Of a stretch of DNA of 63,368 bases, positions 50,700 through 63,101 are shown in pieces. The notes under the pieces are model-generated. The model did no database searches. It was not told the DNA's origin and saw nothing but the letters and a program-made list of their open reading frames with translations. This stretch comes from Octopus bimaculoides. Taxonomy: Eukaryota. How positions within the stretch are numbered: position 1 is the stretch's first letter; every line of letters begins with the position of its first letter. Location of the stretch: the NCBI RefSeq assembly GCF_001194135.2, contig NC_068983.1, positions 120,189,460-120,252,827 of the forward strand. Reading direction: 5' to 3'. The position numbers and the translations under genes are program-made.

Positions 50700-52183
50700 A
50701 TCATTATTATCACCTCATACTTTTTTTATTTTAAAAAAGGCAAGAAAGGGGCACAAATCTGCAGGAAGATATGTGCTGAGTATGGAGAAGATAATGTTGA
50801 GGAATGTGTGTACTGGAAGTGGTTTTCACGGTTTTGACCAGGAAATTTTTTAGTTCGAGGTGCACTATGCTCTGACCAGTCAACTGAGATTGTTGTTGTT
50901 GGCACTCCGTCGCTTACGACGTCGAGGGTTCCAGTCGATCCGATCAACGGAACAGCCTGCTCGTTAAATTAACGTGCAAGTGGCTGAGTAATCCACAGAC
51001 ACGTGTACCCTTAATGTAGTTCTCGGGGATATTCAGTGTGACACAGTGTGACAAGGCTGGCCCTTTGAAATACAGGTACAACAGAAACAGGAAGAAAGAG
51101 TGAAAGAAAGTTATGGTGAAAGAGTACAGCAGGGTTCGACACCATCCCCTGCCGGAGCCTCATAGAGCTTTAGGTGTTTTCGCTCAATAAACACTCACAA
51201 CGCCCGGTCTGGGAATCGAAACCGCGATCCTATGACCGCGAGTCCGCTGTCCTAACCACTGGGCCATTGCGCCTAACAGTGACATAATATAGGAGTTAGT
51301 CGACCCAAACTCCTGTTATACAACAAGGATAATTGCAGATGTTCTCCAAATATCCAAACCAAATGTTGTAAACCAAATGTTGTAAACCAACTGCATCAAA
51401 ATGGTTTTGTCAGCAGGTTTGATGTTTTGGGTCCAACATCAGTTGAATGAGGCTAACCTTACCCAACAGATTTCCATCTGTGATTCATTGCAGAAACATG
51501 AAGAAAACGATTCTTTTTGGAAGAGAATGGTGATAGGGGTAAAAAATAGAATGCCTATAACAATGTGAAGTGCAACTGATCATGGGAGAAGCATGGTGAA
51601 CCATCACAAACTTGCTCCAAGCAGGAGTCCACCTGAAGAAGGTTATGTTTTCAATTTGGTGGGGCTGGAAGGGTGTTATCTTTTACAAGTATCTTCCTAC
51701 GAACATGACCATCACTTCAGATGTGTACTGTAATCAGCTCCACAAATTAAACACAACAATCCACCAAAAGCATCCAGCACTTGCTAATTATAAGGGCATT
51801 GGTTTTCATCATGACAATGCCAGACTATACACTTCTTTGCAGACAGAGCAGAAGTTACTGGGGTTTGGCTGGAAAGTTTTCCTGCACCCTCCATATTCAC
51901 TCAAACTTGCATCTTCAGATTTCCATCTGTTTCAGCCTTTCAAAAATTCATTGAATGGATAGACTTACATCTCTGAAGAGGATGTAAAAATTCACTTGGA
52001 AGAATTTTCACTTTTTAAGACAAGAAATTCTTTGAGCAGGGAATATCAGATCTGCTCACAAGATCACAGAAGATACCAGAACAAAATGGTAATTACATGA
52101 TTGATTAAATAGATTTCTTTATGTTTAAAATTTGTGTCTTATTTTTGCTTAAAAAGACCAAACAAACGTTTTTGCCAACCCAA
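50700..52183 (+). mobile_element. Mariner transposon remnant interrupted by a SINE
   Basis: FYFKKG..., KKVMFSIWWGWKGV, FHHDNAR, LHPPYSLKLASSDFHLF. Right end TTTTTGCCAACCCAA|TA at 52183. Left TIR not seen. Confidence 0.88.
50892..51274 (-). mobile_element. Same SINE family, inserted antisense in the mariner
   Basis: Reverse complement of the 47914 copy. The mariner frame resumes across it (TEI|NSDII). Confidence 0.92.
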
Positions 52184-52289
52184 TACATCACAAGGTTGTA
52201 TTAGTGTAGTCATCTCTGTTGCACACTTCATCTAATTCCGCTCAGTTCCTTTGTACATTCATGCACACTAACATTACATGTTTACTTCA

Positions 52290-53850
52290 ATACTCTCCAG
52301 CTTTCACACAGTCCCTGCAATCCAATGCCAACAATGCAATACCACATTGTGTATACAAACATGATGAATGAACAAAGGGGACAGGCACGGAAAAAATAAA
52401 TGAAAAAGGAAATGGAAGTAACATCAGGTGATGAGGAAGAGGGCAGACATGAGCATTCAAAGAGATGAGCTTTAGGGCTTGAGAGCTTGTAAAGAGTCTA
52501 AGTCTGAATTGGTAGATCATATAATGAATTTCTGCAACTGGAGAAATGGTTGAAAGTGGGATGTGATAAGTTACAGCAATGGTAGACACCCCATAAACCA
52601 AATAAACACATTTCTTGTTATGGAAGTTCTGGCATTGGGAGGTAGTGAGATTAAGATCAAAGACAGATTGTTTTTGTAGAGTTTGATGGCAAACAATGGA
52701 CATTCAAGAGATTGAATAAATATGGTGAGCCATTAGGAATGTTCTTCAAAAGATGTGTGTAAAAGAGAGAGAGAGAGAGAGAGAGAGCTAGCTCAGTTCA
52801 AGAGGGAGGTGAAGAGGTAAACTGAAGGGAGTATTCAAATACTTTGGGAAAAAAGTAGGAAGTGGAGTATTGTCATTGCTGACAGTCGTTTAATCAAAAG
52901 AAAAGAAAACAAAGGTTTGACCAATGCTAGATTTTGGGGTATGAAATAGCCACATGGCCAATGAGGTCATAAATGTTTTTGGAGAGATCTTGTGAAAGTT
53001 GAGTTAAATGACTGAGCTTCTACGAGCATTAGTTTGAAATTAGCCAATGTGCAGTTTTGCATGATTGAGAAATCGTGAAAATACCAGTTGGCAAAATATA
53101 AGGACAAAAGACATACTGTTTGATCAGGATGGGGTTTGGAATGAAATCCATGATTAAGATCATGGCACCAATTCACAAGACAATATTTAGAAAATTGGAC
53201 AGAATAAAAGAGACCATTAACTTCTGCAGAGTGATATTTCATTGGACAAAAGTACTGACAGCAACAGAGGTTACAGGTCATCTGAAACGTTTGGGGTTGA
53301 TTGACCAACCAACAAAATTGAAGGCCGATGAACAGTGTTGGGGTTCAGGTGAAGAAAGATGGGATGGATAAGCTGGTATTTCAGAGAGAAGATTCCCAAA
53401 CTGAAAAACAATCTGAGTCAATGGGCAAATGTTCTTGCCGTAGGGAAGGCAAGTAGACCACTGTCATATCATTGCATAGCTCAACACTGCTTATATTTAT
53501 GTCAACAAGAAAGTTAATTGAGAGAGCTGAGGAGATATGGTGAGGGATAGGACAGTTGCTATAATGAAAGGCATTGTGGAAAGTGTCAGAAAGGAGGAGC
53601 CAGTGAAAGGGAGCTGATAGAGAATCATTTGGTGTGATGCAAGTAAGATAGTAATAGGGGTTGCTTTAGAAATAAATGACACTGAGGTTGAGAATGTGGC
53701 CTGACTTAGGAAAAGAGGCATTTGAAACCATATGAATGTATCTGAATAACATGCTATGTTGAAGAGCATAAATTTGGCTTTGAAGTGGCAGGGGCTGTGC
53801 ACTGTGAAATTCTGAACTAATTTGTCTAATGTGCCCAACTGGATGAGTGC
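52290..53850 (-). mobile_element. Degenerate CR1/L2-type LINE remnant
   Basis: Minus-strand remnants LPT..PKVFE and IALLALD in RT order. Many stops and frameshifts. Confidence 0.45.
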
Positions 53851-54455
53851 AATTAGTTATTACAAATGCAAAAAGAATTCAAACAAAAGAAGATAGGGAG
53901 ATGATTATTAAGCAATGCCCACCTTGGTGGATGAATAATTATGAACTGGTGTGAGGTGGGAGTCAGGTTGGGTTTTTCAACTGCAGGTCGCTATACATAG
54001 AAATGGTAACAATGTTATTTTTTATTTGGTTGTTGATTTAGATTTTCATTAGCTTGATGTTGTGTGAAATGATCTGCTTATGAACCTAAGGCACTTTCTC
54101 TGTCCACAAAGATATTGTACAAAACGACAAGGTGTTTATGTCTTTATATGCAGTGTTGGTTAAAATCTGTAGATACTGCAGTAAAATATGAAAGTCTCTA
54201 AAAATACAACAAGATTCAACAATTTATTTCTGTGCCAAGATATTGTTCAGTGTATTTGTGATGAAAATACAATCTAAATAATTCGTGTAGGGAATAATTA
54301 ATGTCCCTACTCCACTTATTATTGAAGGATTACTTGTCTATCAACTTTGCCTCTACTTTATGTTATGCATTTGGTTTAGAATACTATGTAAACAAGAATG
54401 CTGAATACTATTAAAATGAAATATTTCATTCTATTCATGTACTCATTGTAGTTAC

Positions 54456-54612
54456 CTTTTCTTTCAATAATAGTTTAAGCTTTTCATGAAACCTTGTTTG
54501 TCTAACATCAGCCTTTTGAGTATAGGAGTGCCAAAAAATTTCTTCTGAATTGCATAACACAATATTAATACCACACCTCAGTCTTGACACCTTTGACTTC
54601 CTTGTGCACAAC
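54456..54612 (-). CDS. Candidate internal coding exon (157 nt), possibly the same minus-strand gene
   Basis: Bounded by tatacag| and |gtaact. Only one open frame: LCTRKSKVSRLRCGINIVLCNSEEIFWHSYTQKADVRQTRFHEKLKLLLKEK. No homology recognised. Confidence 0.35.
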
Positions 54613-56588
54613 CTGTATACTAATCATTTAATAGTAAAAGTTCCTAGAAATAAAACTAGTATTCAATTTAATTTTTTAAATAGCTTTGTCACAAGAGATA
54701 GGACAATATCCATGATGTTTTTTCAGGGAACTGACAGGAAGAGTTTCCCAAAGAATGGTAACCTGACTCTTATGCTTGCAAAACAGTGCATTCTGCTAAA
54801 AGCATTTAAAGGCCATATGGTGGAGTTAAATCAAATAAGAGAATAAGTTAGCAACACAACAACAAGAATGGTCCCTCTCATAATTTTCCTATAGTTTCCT
54901 GTCTACTAAATTCCATTGACAAGGCTTTGGATGCTCTGAATTGGAGTAAGAAGATCTGAGAAATTGGTAGAAGATGCTGAAGGTGCTACATGATGGGATT
55001 GAATGCAAAAGGAAATAGTTGCCAAAGCAAACTTATCCATTTGAATAGTTGCCATATTGTATTGTGAATCTTTCTAACCCACTTCTGTTTTAATTGCTTT
55101 TGGGTACATATGGTATGGAATGGTACAGTATATCATGATATTCCCATGTTATGTACATATAAAAGTAAGCGACAAGTCCACAGCTACAAGTAATATCAGT
55201 GCACAGCTCATACTTGCAAGCCAAAACTGTTTGAAAGGCTCAGTTTATAAAACGATTCCACAAAATGCTAAATGATTAGAAGTTGATCATCTTAAATGTA
55301 TGTATGTATGAACTGAGTATCCTGCTTGCATCTACTTAACAGGAAAGTTTGAAGGTTCATATTCCACTCTTGGTGAAGTACTGTCATACCATCTTGATAA
55401 AGGTTTGAAGTGCAAAAAACCCAGGACACCTAGCTATTATTAGGTACTGTGAAAGAAGCATGATTTCTGCTGCAGACAGCAGAATCTAATCCTGAATTGG
55501 TAATTTTTGTTAAAGAGGACATATATGCCACTTCAGTTGTGACTAAATGTTTTTCAAAGACAATCATATGGCTCATACTATCAAACTCAACATGATGTGA
55601 TTGACAGCTGATCAATAAAATGACTGAATGGATTTATTAAGGGAAAAAGAATATTACTTTCAAGTTTTGGTGCAAGGCCAACAATTTTAGAGGAAGGAGC
55701 AGTTGATTACATTGACCCCAGTGCCCAACTAGTACTTATTTTATTGACCTGAAAAGATGAAAGGCAAAATTAACCTTGGTGGAATTTGAACTTAGAACAT
55801 AAAGACAGATGAAGTGCCACTAAGCATTTTGCCTGGTGTGCTAATGATTCTGCCAGCTCACCACTATAAGGAGGAACAGAATATTGAGCATTGCATATCA
55901 AATTAACCTGATGCAAGGCATATCAGTTTGAAGACACCTAATCTTCCATTCAAATACTGCAAAACCAATTCTTAGAAAATGAATTTAAATAAGGTTTTCA
56001 CATCAGTGGTGAAATATGGTAAAAAAATAAAAAAAATAAGGATATCTCTGACTTATTCCAATTCTAATGGAAAGAGAACACGTCTCAATAAAAAAAAAAA
56101 AAAACATATATACATGATGCTTCCCAAACAAATGAAAACACGATCAAAGCTATTTGTGTATTCATTTTCTATTTAGAGCTGAACAGATAAATAAATCTCT
56201 GATTTTGATTAAAATTAATAATATTGGTTTCCACACATCAATATCTATAACCAATATAACCAGAACTGGTTACTTGGAGAACATATCTATCTGTAAACTT
56301 AAATGGGAGGATAAATNNNNNNNNNNNNNNNNNNNNNNNNNNNNNNNNNNNNNNNNNNNNNNNNNNNNNNNNNNNNNNNNNNNNNNNNNNNNNNNNNNNN
56401 NNNNNNNNNNNNNNNNNNNNNNNNNNNNNNNNNNNNNNNNNNNNNNNNNNNNNNNNNNNNNNNNNNNNNNNNNNNNNNNNNNNNNNNNNNNNNNNNNNNN
56501 NNNNNNNNNTACAAAAAAACAAAAGATGAAGACAGGTATGTAAACAACAAACAGATGTATTAGTTTAATGCTCAGGAAGTGAGAAAGT

Positions 56589-56624
56589 CTTTTACGTTTT
56601 GAGCCTACGCTCTTCGACAGAAAG
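56589..56624 (-). ncRNA. Degenerate minimal hammerhead motif (Penelope type, ACGT stem III)
   Basis: CTTT-CTGTCGA-A-GAGC-GTAG-GCTC-AAA-ACGT-A|AAAG. A6 and G12 are mutated relative to the consensus core. Confidence 0.55.
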
Positions 56625-57447
56625 GAACACAGAAATAAACAGGGAGAGAAAATAGAAAAAGGTTTAGTGGCTAGTGATCTATCATAGCGAATCATATATA
56701 TTTGTCCAAAATCACACAGTAGGAGTGAATGGTGAAGGGAGAGGAGAGAAAATAGTAATTCAGTAGTGAGAGTAATAGCCATCTGAGAGAGAGATAATGA
56801 GAGAAAGTAATAGCAATGAGAGAGAGGAAGTGGCAAGTGTCATGTATCTTCTACTATAATAATCTGCTATAATAATACTCTTGTGTATTTCTTCGTCACA
56901 AGATATGAATGAGAAAGGAAGGGGTGATCCACTGATAGAAGTAGGATGGTGAAAAGACAATGGTGAAACAAAAATCAAACAGCACTTCAACTCTGTGTGA
57001 GTATATATATGTGTGTAAAAGGGAGGAATGTGAATGTTTGTGTAAAGTATATTTATATATTTGAGCGAGTGTATATGTGTTTGTGTATGTTTATTTAAAA
57101 AGATACATAGAAAATAGAATTACAGATATATGCACATTCACACACATATATATAAACAGACACAGTTAAAAGGGTAGGCTGTGACAAAGTACAGAAAACT
57201 GCGTTTGCTACAGTCTGTGCTACTCATACATATGAATGTATATATATACACACACACACTTTGTATATATAAAATACGACAATCAGCTGTAATTTTTGAC
57301 AGTACGAGGTCAGCTAGTAACTTGATAAAAATTTTATCAAAATTACTTTTGTAATGAAAAGGAAAACTGTTAAAATCGACAAGGCTTGTCAAATATAAGG
57401 GAGACAACTCTAGAATTAAAACGTTAAATGGGGAGCATATAATGAGG

Positions 57448-57859
57448 GGTATAATCATGGTTTAGTATGGTAACAGCTCAGGACATATTTCGGATCTATT
57501 TTAAAATGGGGGCGCCAGTTTTCATTTATGTTTTATGTAGTGTTTTTGGTACGGAAAGACTTTCAAACTTCGTATACTTATCTATTTTGTGTTATAGAAC
57601 AGAAAAATATTTTTGTATTCGAATTTATTTCATGTAAAAAATTGTCTTATTTCGATAATTTCTACTAATCACTGACGTCTATTCAGTTGAAAACAGTTAG
57701 TGCTGTAACGGTGTATGTCGTATTAATCCCCTAACCCTAACCCTAACTAGACTGTTAACCCTAACCCTAACCCTAAAACTAACCCTAACTCTAGAATCCG
57801 AACTCTAAAATTGTTACACACATAGATACGCAAAGCGTAATTTATTATATAAACAATAT
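57448..57859. mobile_element. CpG-rich element with interstitial telomere-like repeats, right end lost in a gap
   Basis: CCCTAA-type units at about 57730-57790. Starts GGTATAATCATGG. Runs into the N-gap at 57860, so TIR and TSD cannot be verified. Confidence 0.45.
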
Positions 57860-58585
57860 NNNNNNNNNNNNNNNNNNNNNNNNNNNNNNNNNNNNNNNNN
57901 NNNNNNNNNNNNNNNNNNNNNNNNNNNNNNNNNNNNNNNNNNNNNNNNNNNNNNNNNNNNNNNNNNNNNNNNNNNNNNNNNNNNNNNNNNNNNNNNNNNN
58001 NNNNNNNNNNNNNNNNNNNNNNNNNNNNNNNNNNNNNNNNNNNNNNNNNNNNNNNNNNNNNNNNNNNNNNNNNNNNNNNNNNNNNNNNNNNNNNNNNNNN
58101 NNNNNNNNNNNNNNNNNNNNNNNNNNNNNNNNNNNNNNNNNNNNNNNNNNNNNNNNNNNNNNNNNNNNNNNNNNNNNNNNNNNNNNNNNNNNNNNNNNNN
58201 NNNNNNNNNNNNNNNNNNNNNNNNNNNNNNNNNNNNNNNNNNNNNNNNNNNNNNNNNNNNNNNNNNNNNNNNNNNNNNNNNNNNNNNNNNNNNNNNNNNN
58301 NNNNNNNNNNNNNNNNNNNNNNNNNNNNNNNNNNNNNNNNNNNNNNNNNNNNNNNNNNNNNNNNNNNNNNNNNNNNNNNNNNNNNNNNNNNNNNNNNNNN
58401 NNNNNNNNNNNNNNNNNNNNNNNNNNNNNNNNNNNNNNNNNNNNNNNNNNNNNNNNNNNNNNNNNNNNNNNNNNNNNNNNNNNNNNNNNNNNNNNNNNNN
58501 NNNNNNNNNNNNNNNNNNNNNNNNNNNNNNNNNNNNNNNNNNNNNNNNNNNNNNNNNNNNNNATATATATATGTATATATATATA

Positions 58586-59032
58586 TATAGTCGTTCAAAA
58601 GAAAGTAAGAAAATGGAGATATAGCATTAGATAAAAAATTTATTATCTACAAAAATCAAACATAGTCCCTTACAGCTGTTTCAATTAAGCCTAAAAGATT
58701 AAATAGCAATTTTAAAATCATTATATTAGGCAAAATCTCTGCAGAGGGATAGAAAAAAGATATACCGTTAGGTTTTTATATGTTGTAATTTAGAATCCTC
58801 ACAGCAGTCTGCTGTGAGGATTCTAAAATACAACACATAAAAAAACCTAATGGTATGTCTTTTTTCTACCCTTCTGAAGAGATTTTGCTTGATATAATAA
58901 TTTTAATAATTGCTATTTAATCTTTAGGCTTAATTGAAACAACTGTAAGGGACTATATTTGATTTTTGCAGATAATAATTTTTTTATTAAATGTTATCTT
59001 TCCATTTTCTTAGTTTCTTTTGAATGATTATA
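58586..59032. repeat. 447-bp imperfect palindrome (1-nt spacer at 58808) with two opposed hammerhead motifs
   Basis: Centre GAATCCTCACAGCAG-T-CTGCTGTGAGGATTC. Plus-strand motif: CCTT-CTGAAGA (58874-80) ... GAAACAACTGTA|AGGG (58936-51). Minus-strand motif: TCCCT-CTGCAGA ... GAAACAGCTGTA|AGGGA (58749-58666). Confidence 0.9.
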
Positions 59033-61107
59033 AACCATTGTTATAAACTGTTTTATGAATATTATTATTCACAACAAATATTAGGTATTGAGCCAGTAAT
59101 TCATTGGATGATACCATCCCTTAATGAGGCTAATTTAACCTCTAATTGAATATATATATATTATTAATATTTAGAAGAAACAATAGAGTGACTCAAAGGC
59201 CAAGATTTTCATGCATTAGCACTGACTAGACAATTAACAAATCAAGGAATTTTAAATCTATATAATGGTATTTCCCTGGATAGTTCTGGAACAAATTATT
59301 AAAACAATAACGATGTGGGTACTTGACATTTAAGTGTGTGTCAGTATGCATAAATTTTCCTTATTTGTTTATGTATTTATTGAATGGCAAAATGGGTAAA
59401 CTATTGGAAAAACATGGATTATCCACATGACATTGTAACTGTTTTTATATATCCTTCCAGAACTATCCAGCAAAATATCATTATAATCAGGATATAAATT
59501 TATAAACCCTTGGTTTGTAACTAGTTTGGTAAGTATTAACATAAGAAACTTTTGATCCTTGAACCATTCTGTTGCTTCTGCTAAACATTAATGAAATGTG
59601 TGTGTTGCATGTGCACGCGTGTTGCATGTGCGTGTGTGCATGCATGTGTGTAAAATATTTTATTGGAATATAACAATATTTCATGTTCTGGAAGGCAATG
59701 ATAATAACTGAAGAAAATCTTGACAGTGGTCTCAACATCTGACTAAAAGGATTATTTTGCAGATTCTATTAGGGCAAAGAAAGACTGAAACTATAGCTTC
59801 ATACAAGTGTCAATTTTCTGAGATAATGTACCTTTCCTTCACAACATTATTTGTGGAAAGCTAAATTAAAAATCCAAGTGTACCTTTCTATGGCTTAATT
59901 TGTTATTTCATTCAGTTTTTGTAACAGGATGTTTGGTAATTATCCACAAAACAGTTTATAGGTAATGTCTATATTTTTGAAAAAAAAATAGTTTCTGCTT
60001 GAGTACACATTTTCCACATCATAACCACTTATTTTGTACTTTTGTACAATCAATGTGTCTGTAGCCTAAAACTGGGGCCTTCACCTGGTAGGAAAAATAT
60101 AAACAGGCAGTTAATAAAAGCTATACCAAAGTGTAAACTTTGAACCTCTGATGTAAACTTAGGGTTAGAGCAAATATGTAGGGCATGGAGAACAAAAGTA
60201 TTGCAGGGAGTGGGGAATTGGGGAAAACAATAAAAAAACAGAGGGAGTCAAAGGTTTATTACTATGATATTGACACAACTCTTTCTTCTGTACATGTTAA
60301 ATATTGGACTGCATGAGAGATAGTGTGAAAACAAAATGTAAACCATTAAATCAGAAGAGTAATTATTGTGATATTGAGGATATTAAAGAATAATTAAGCC
60401 ATAATTGAAAGAAGGTGGATCTAAGAAAATAATATTAACAAAAGTTAAACCTAAATATACAAAGGCAAGTCTATCTCTTGATGTTTAATAAAGCTGAAAC
60501 ATGTCTAGAGTTGATTCCTATTCTAGCTAAAAATGATTAAAATAGTATTTATTATTCAGCTTCTGTTGTCTTTTCCTCACTACATTTTCTAACATCAACC
60601 TAACCTATTTCATAACAACCTGTCAAAGGTTGGCTCTGGTTATATAAACTTGTTTGTTAAATTAAATTCTCAACACTAACATTTTTCAGTAGATCAAGAG
60701 TCAATAGGTTGGGGAAAAATTCTCCCTCTCCACAGCTCCATGCAAATATAATTATGTAAGATCTATTTTAATTTTGTGTGTTTTGAAAAATAGACAACTA
60801 ATAATGGATTCATTATAATAACTGAGAGTCACCTTTCATCTTATAATAATTCTGCTTGTCATTGTGTTATTTAGCCCATTGGTAATGCTTTCACATGATT
60901 AGAAAAAAAGAGGGAGAAAGAAAAGAAGGAAAGAGAAAAGAGGGAGGGAGAAAAAGAGGGAGAGAGAGAAGCATCCATGATGTGAGGTGGAGGAACGTAA
61001 TATTTATTATGTGGTTTAAAAAGTTAATTGAAGGTAGAGGAGGAGAGTTAAAAATATAATTTTAGCAGAGGGGTGATGTTCTGATGGTAAGATTAAAGAA
61101 AGGCACC

Positions 61108-61180
61108 GAGAGAGAGGAGGGGGGAGAGAGAGGAGGGGGGAGAGAGAGGAGGGGGGAGAGAGAGGAGGGTGGAGAGAGAG
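61108..61180. repeat. Purine-only 16-bp tandem repeat (GAGAGAGAGGAGGGGG x~4)
   Basis: Direct reading. Confidence 0.9.
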
Positions 61181-61928
61181 TAAGATGATGATGGTGGTGG
61201 AGATGGTGATTAGATAGTGAAAAGTGTATTTCTTTTTAATTGAACCAAGTTTTTTATATCACATATCACTTAATGCAATTCCATGAAATATTCATGTTTA
61301 TTTACTTGGCAGATATATGTAATTTAACTAAAGGTTGTATCATATGTATGGGATATTTTTGCTTATGCGAAAATTGGAAAAATAAGAGTGAATATTTATT
61401 TTATGAATGCTGTATATTAAGTCTATAAAATGGTGCCTAAAGTATATAAAGTTAAACTTTATATACTTTATACACCATTTTATACATTTTATAGACTATA
61501 CAAAGTGCATTAAGTAATCATCATATTCCAATTTCTTTCACTTTTCAATGAGTAGCAGATGAGTGACTATCTTTCCATAAAGACACAACACAGGCTACGC
61601 TTTCAGAAATAACTCAATAGGTTTACCATTCATTCTGTGAAATATTCACAGGTCTCACTAGTTTTAATAATTGAGAATCCATGATACACTTAGGTACATG
61701 TCAGCAGGTTTTTAAAAAATGGTGAGGAAAGCATTTTATTAAATGATAGTTTAGGCATAAAACATATTGCTATATAGGTGGACAATGCCAATTTGTCATC
61801 TATGTATTCAACTATGTATGTAAGATAAAATGCTTTGTGACAGATGTTGCTTTCCGCAGTCTGAGTTCCAATCTCACTGAGGTTGGCTTTGCCTTTCAGT
61901 GTCAATAAAATAAAGGATCAGTTTAGAG

Positions 61929-62177
61929 CCATAGTTCTTAACTGGGGTATATATGGCCCTTAGGGGTCCTTGTTAAAATTTATCTGCAATAAATTGTTTA
62001 TACTTCTACAATGTACAAAATATTTCATTTTTTTTTTTCATACAATTCCTAATAATATTCAATTATAAAAATACAGAAGGATTTTTGTTTTTTACATTGA
62101 ATGGCTATGAGAGTTCACTTGAGTAAAAAAGGAACCAAAGGGGTCCCATAGGTAAAAAAAATGGTTTAGAACCACTG
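61929..62177. mobile_element. hAT MITE, same family as 47636-47856
   Basis: TSD GTTTAGAG / GTTGAGAG (7 of 8). Ends in AGAACCACTG. Internal homology to the 47.6-kb copy. Confidence 0.75.
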
Positions 62178-62914
62178 GTTGAGAGAATGGAATGATGGAA
62201 TTGTTTGAGCACTGGACAAAATGTCTTGCAGTATTTATTCTGGTTCCTTGCATTCTGAGTTCTTGGATTGTAGATTTAATCCACTCTATTGAGAATTTGG
62301 GTGAGACCTTCAGTTTGAGAATAATTTCCTTCCTTCTACCAGTCTCAGAAGTACAGAAAAAATTAAGACTTGTGGACTTTGTCTCTCCCTCCCAGGTAAC
62401 ATGGCGGGGGATTGATTTACCTCATATTTCTGAAGCAATGCTGAAGTTTTCTTGTTACTGCACATTTATTAATTATGTTTTGTACATAAGAATAAGGTGG
62501 AAAGTTTCAGCAATGCAAACTGATTAATGACAATTAATGCTTATCATTTTGTAAAACAAATAATTATTTTAAAAAGTATGAATATTTAATAAATTTCAGG
62601 TTGCTAAGATACAAGCAACAAATGTTTCTTTAGCCTAGTTAGCATGTATGGTAATTTGATAAAAGGGTCACTCATTATAATATGAGTTAAATTTAGTCCT
62701 TTTATTTTTCTTTTATTACTTAAATAAGAGGGATGATTCTTGAGATATCTTTGATGTTGTTAGAGATCATGTACTTGATCTCATTGTGAATATATTTACA
62801 AATAAGGACGATAAAACATCAAATTAGAAATCTAAGCACACATAACCACATACTAAATGGGTATATAGAAATACATCCCTGGTTAGATATACAAAAGAAC
62901 ATTTTAGCTGATAT

Positions 62915-62961
<47 letters not shown>

Positions 62962-63101
62962 CATACATACATACATACATACATATATGTATGTGTGTGT
63001 GTTTGTTTTTATGTTCAGTTATAATAAAAGCAATTTTACATTAATCTGATGGGTTACTCTATACTTTTGTAGAGCACAAATTTATTATTCTTATACAAGA
63101 A

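Noticed and set aside
57138-57260. First coding exon (MSSTDCSKRSF...) of the minus-strand gene
   Set aside because: Only a weak donor and no homology, so it cannot be supported.
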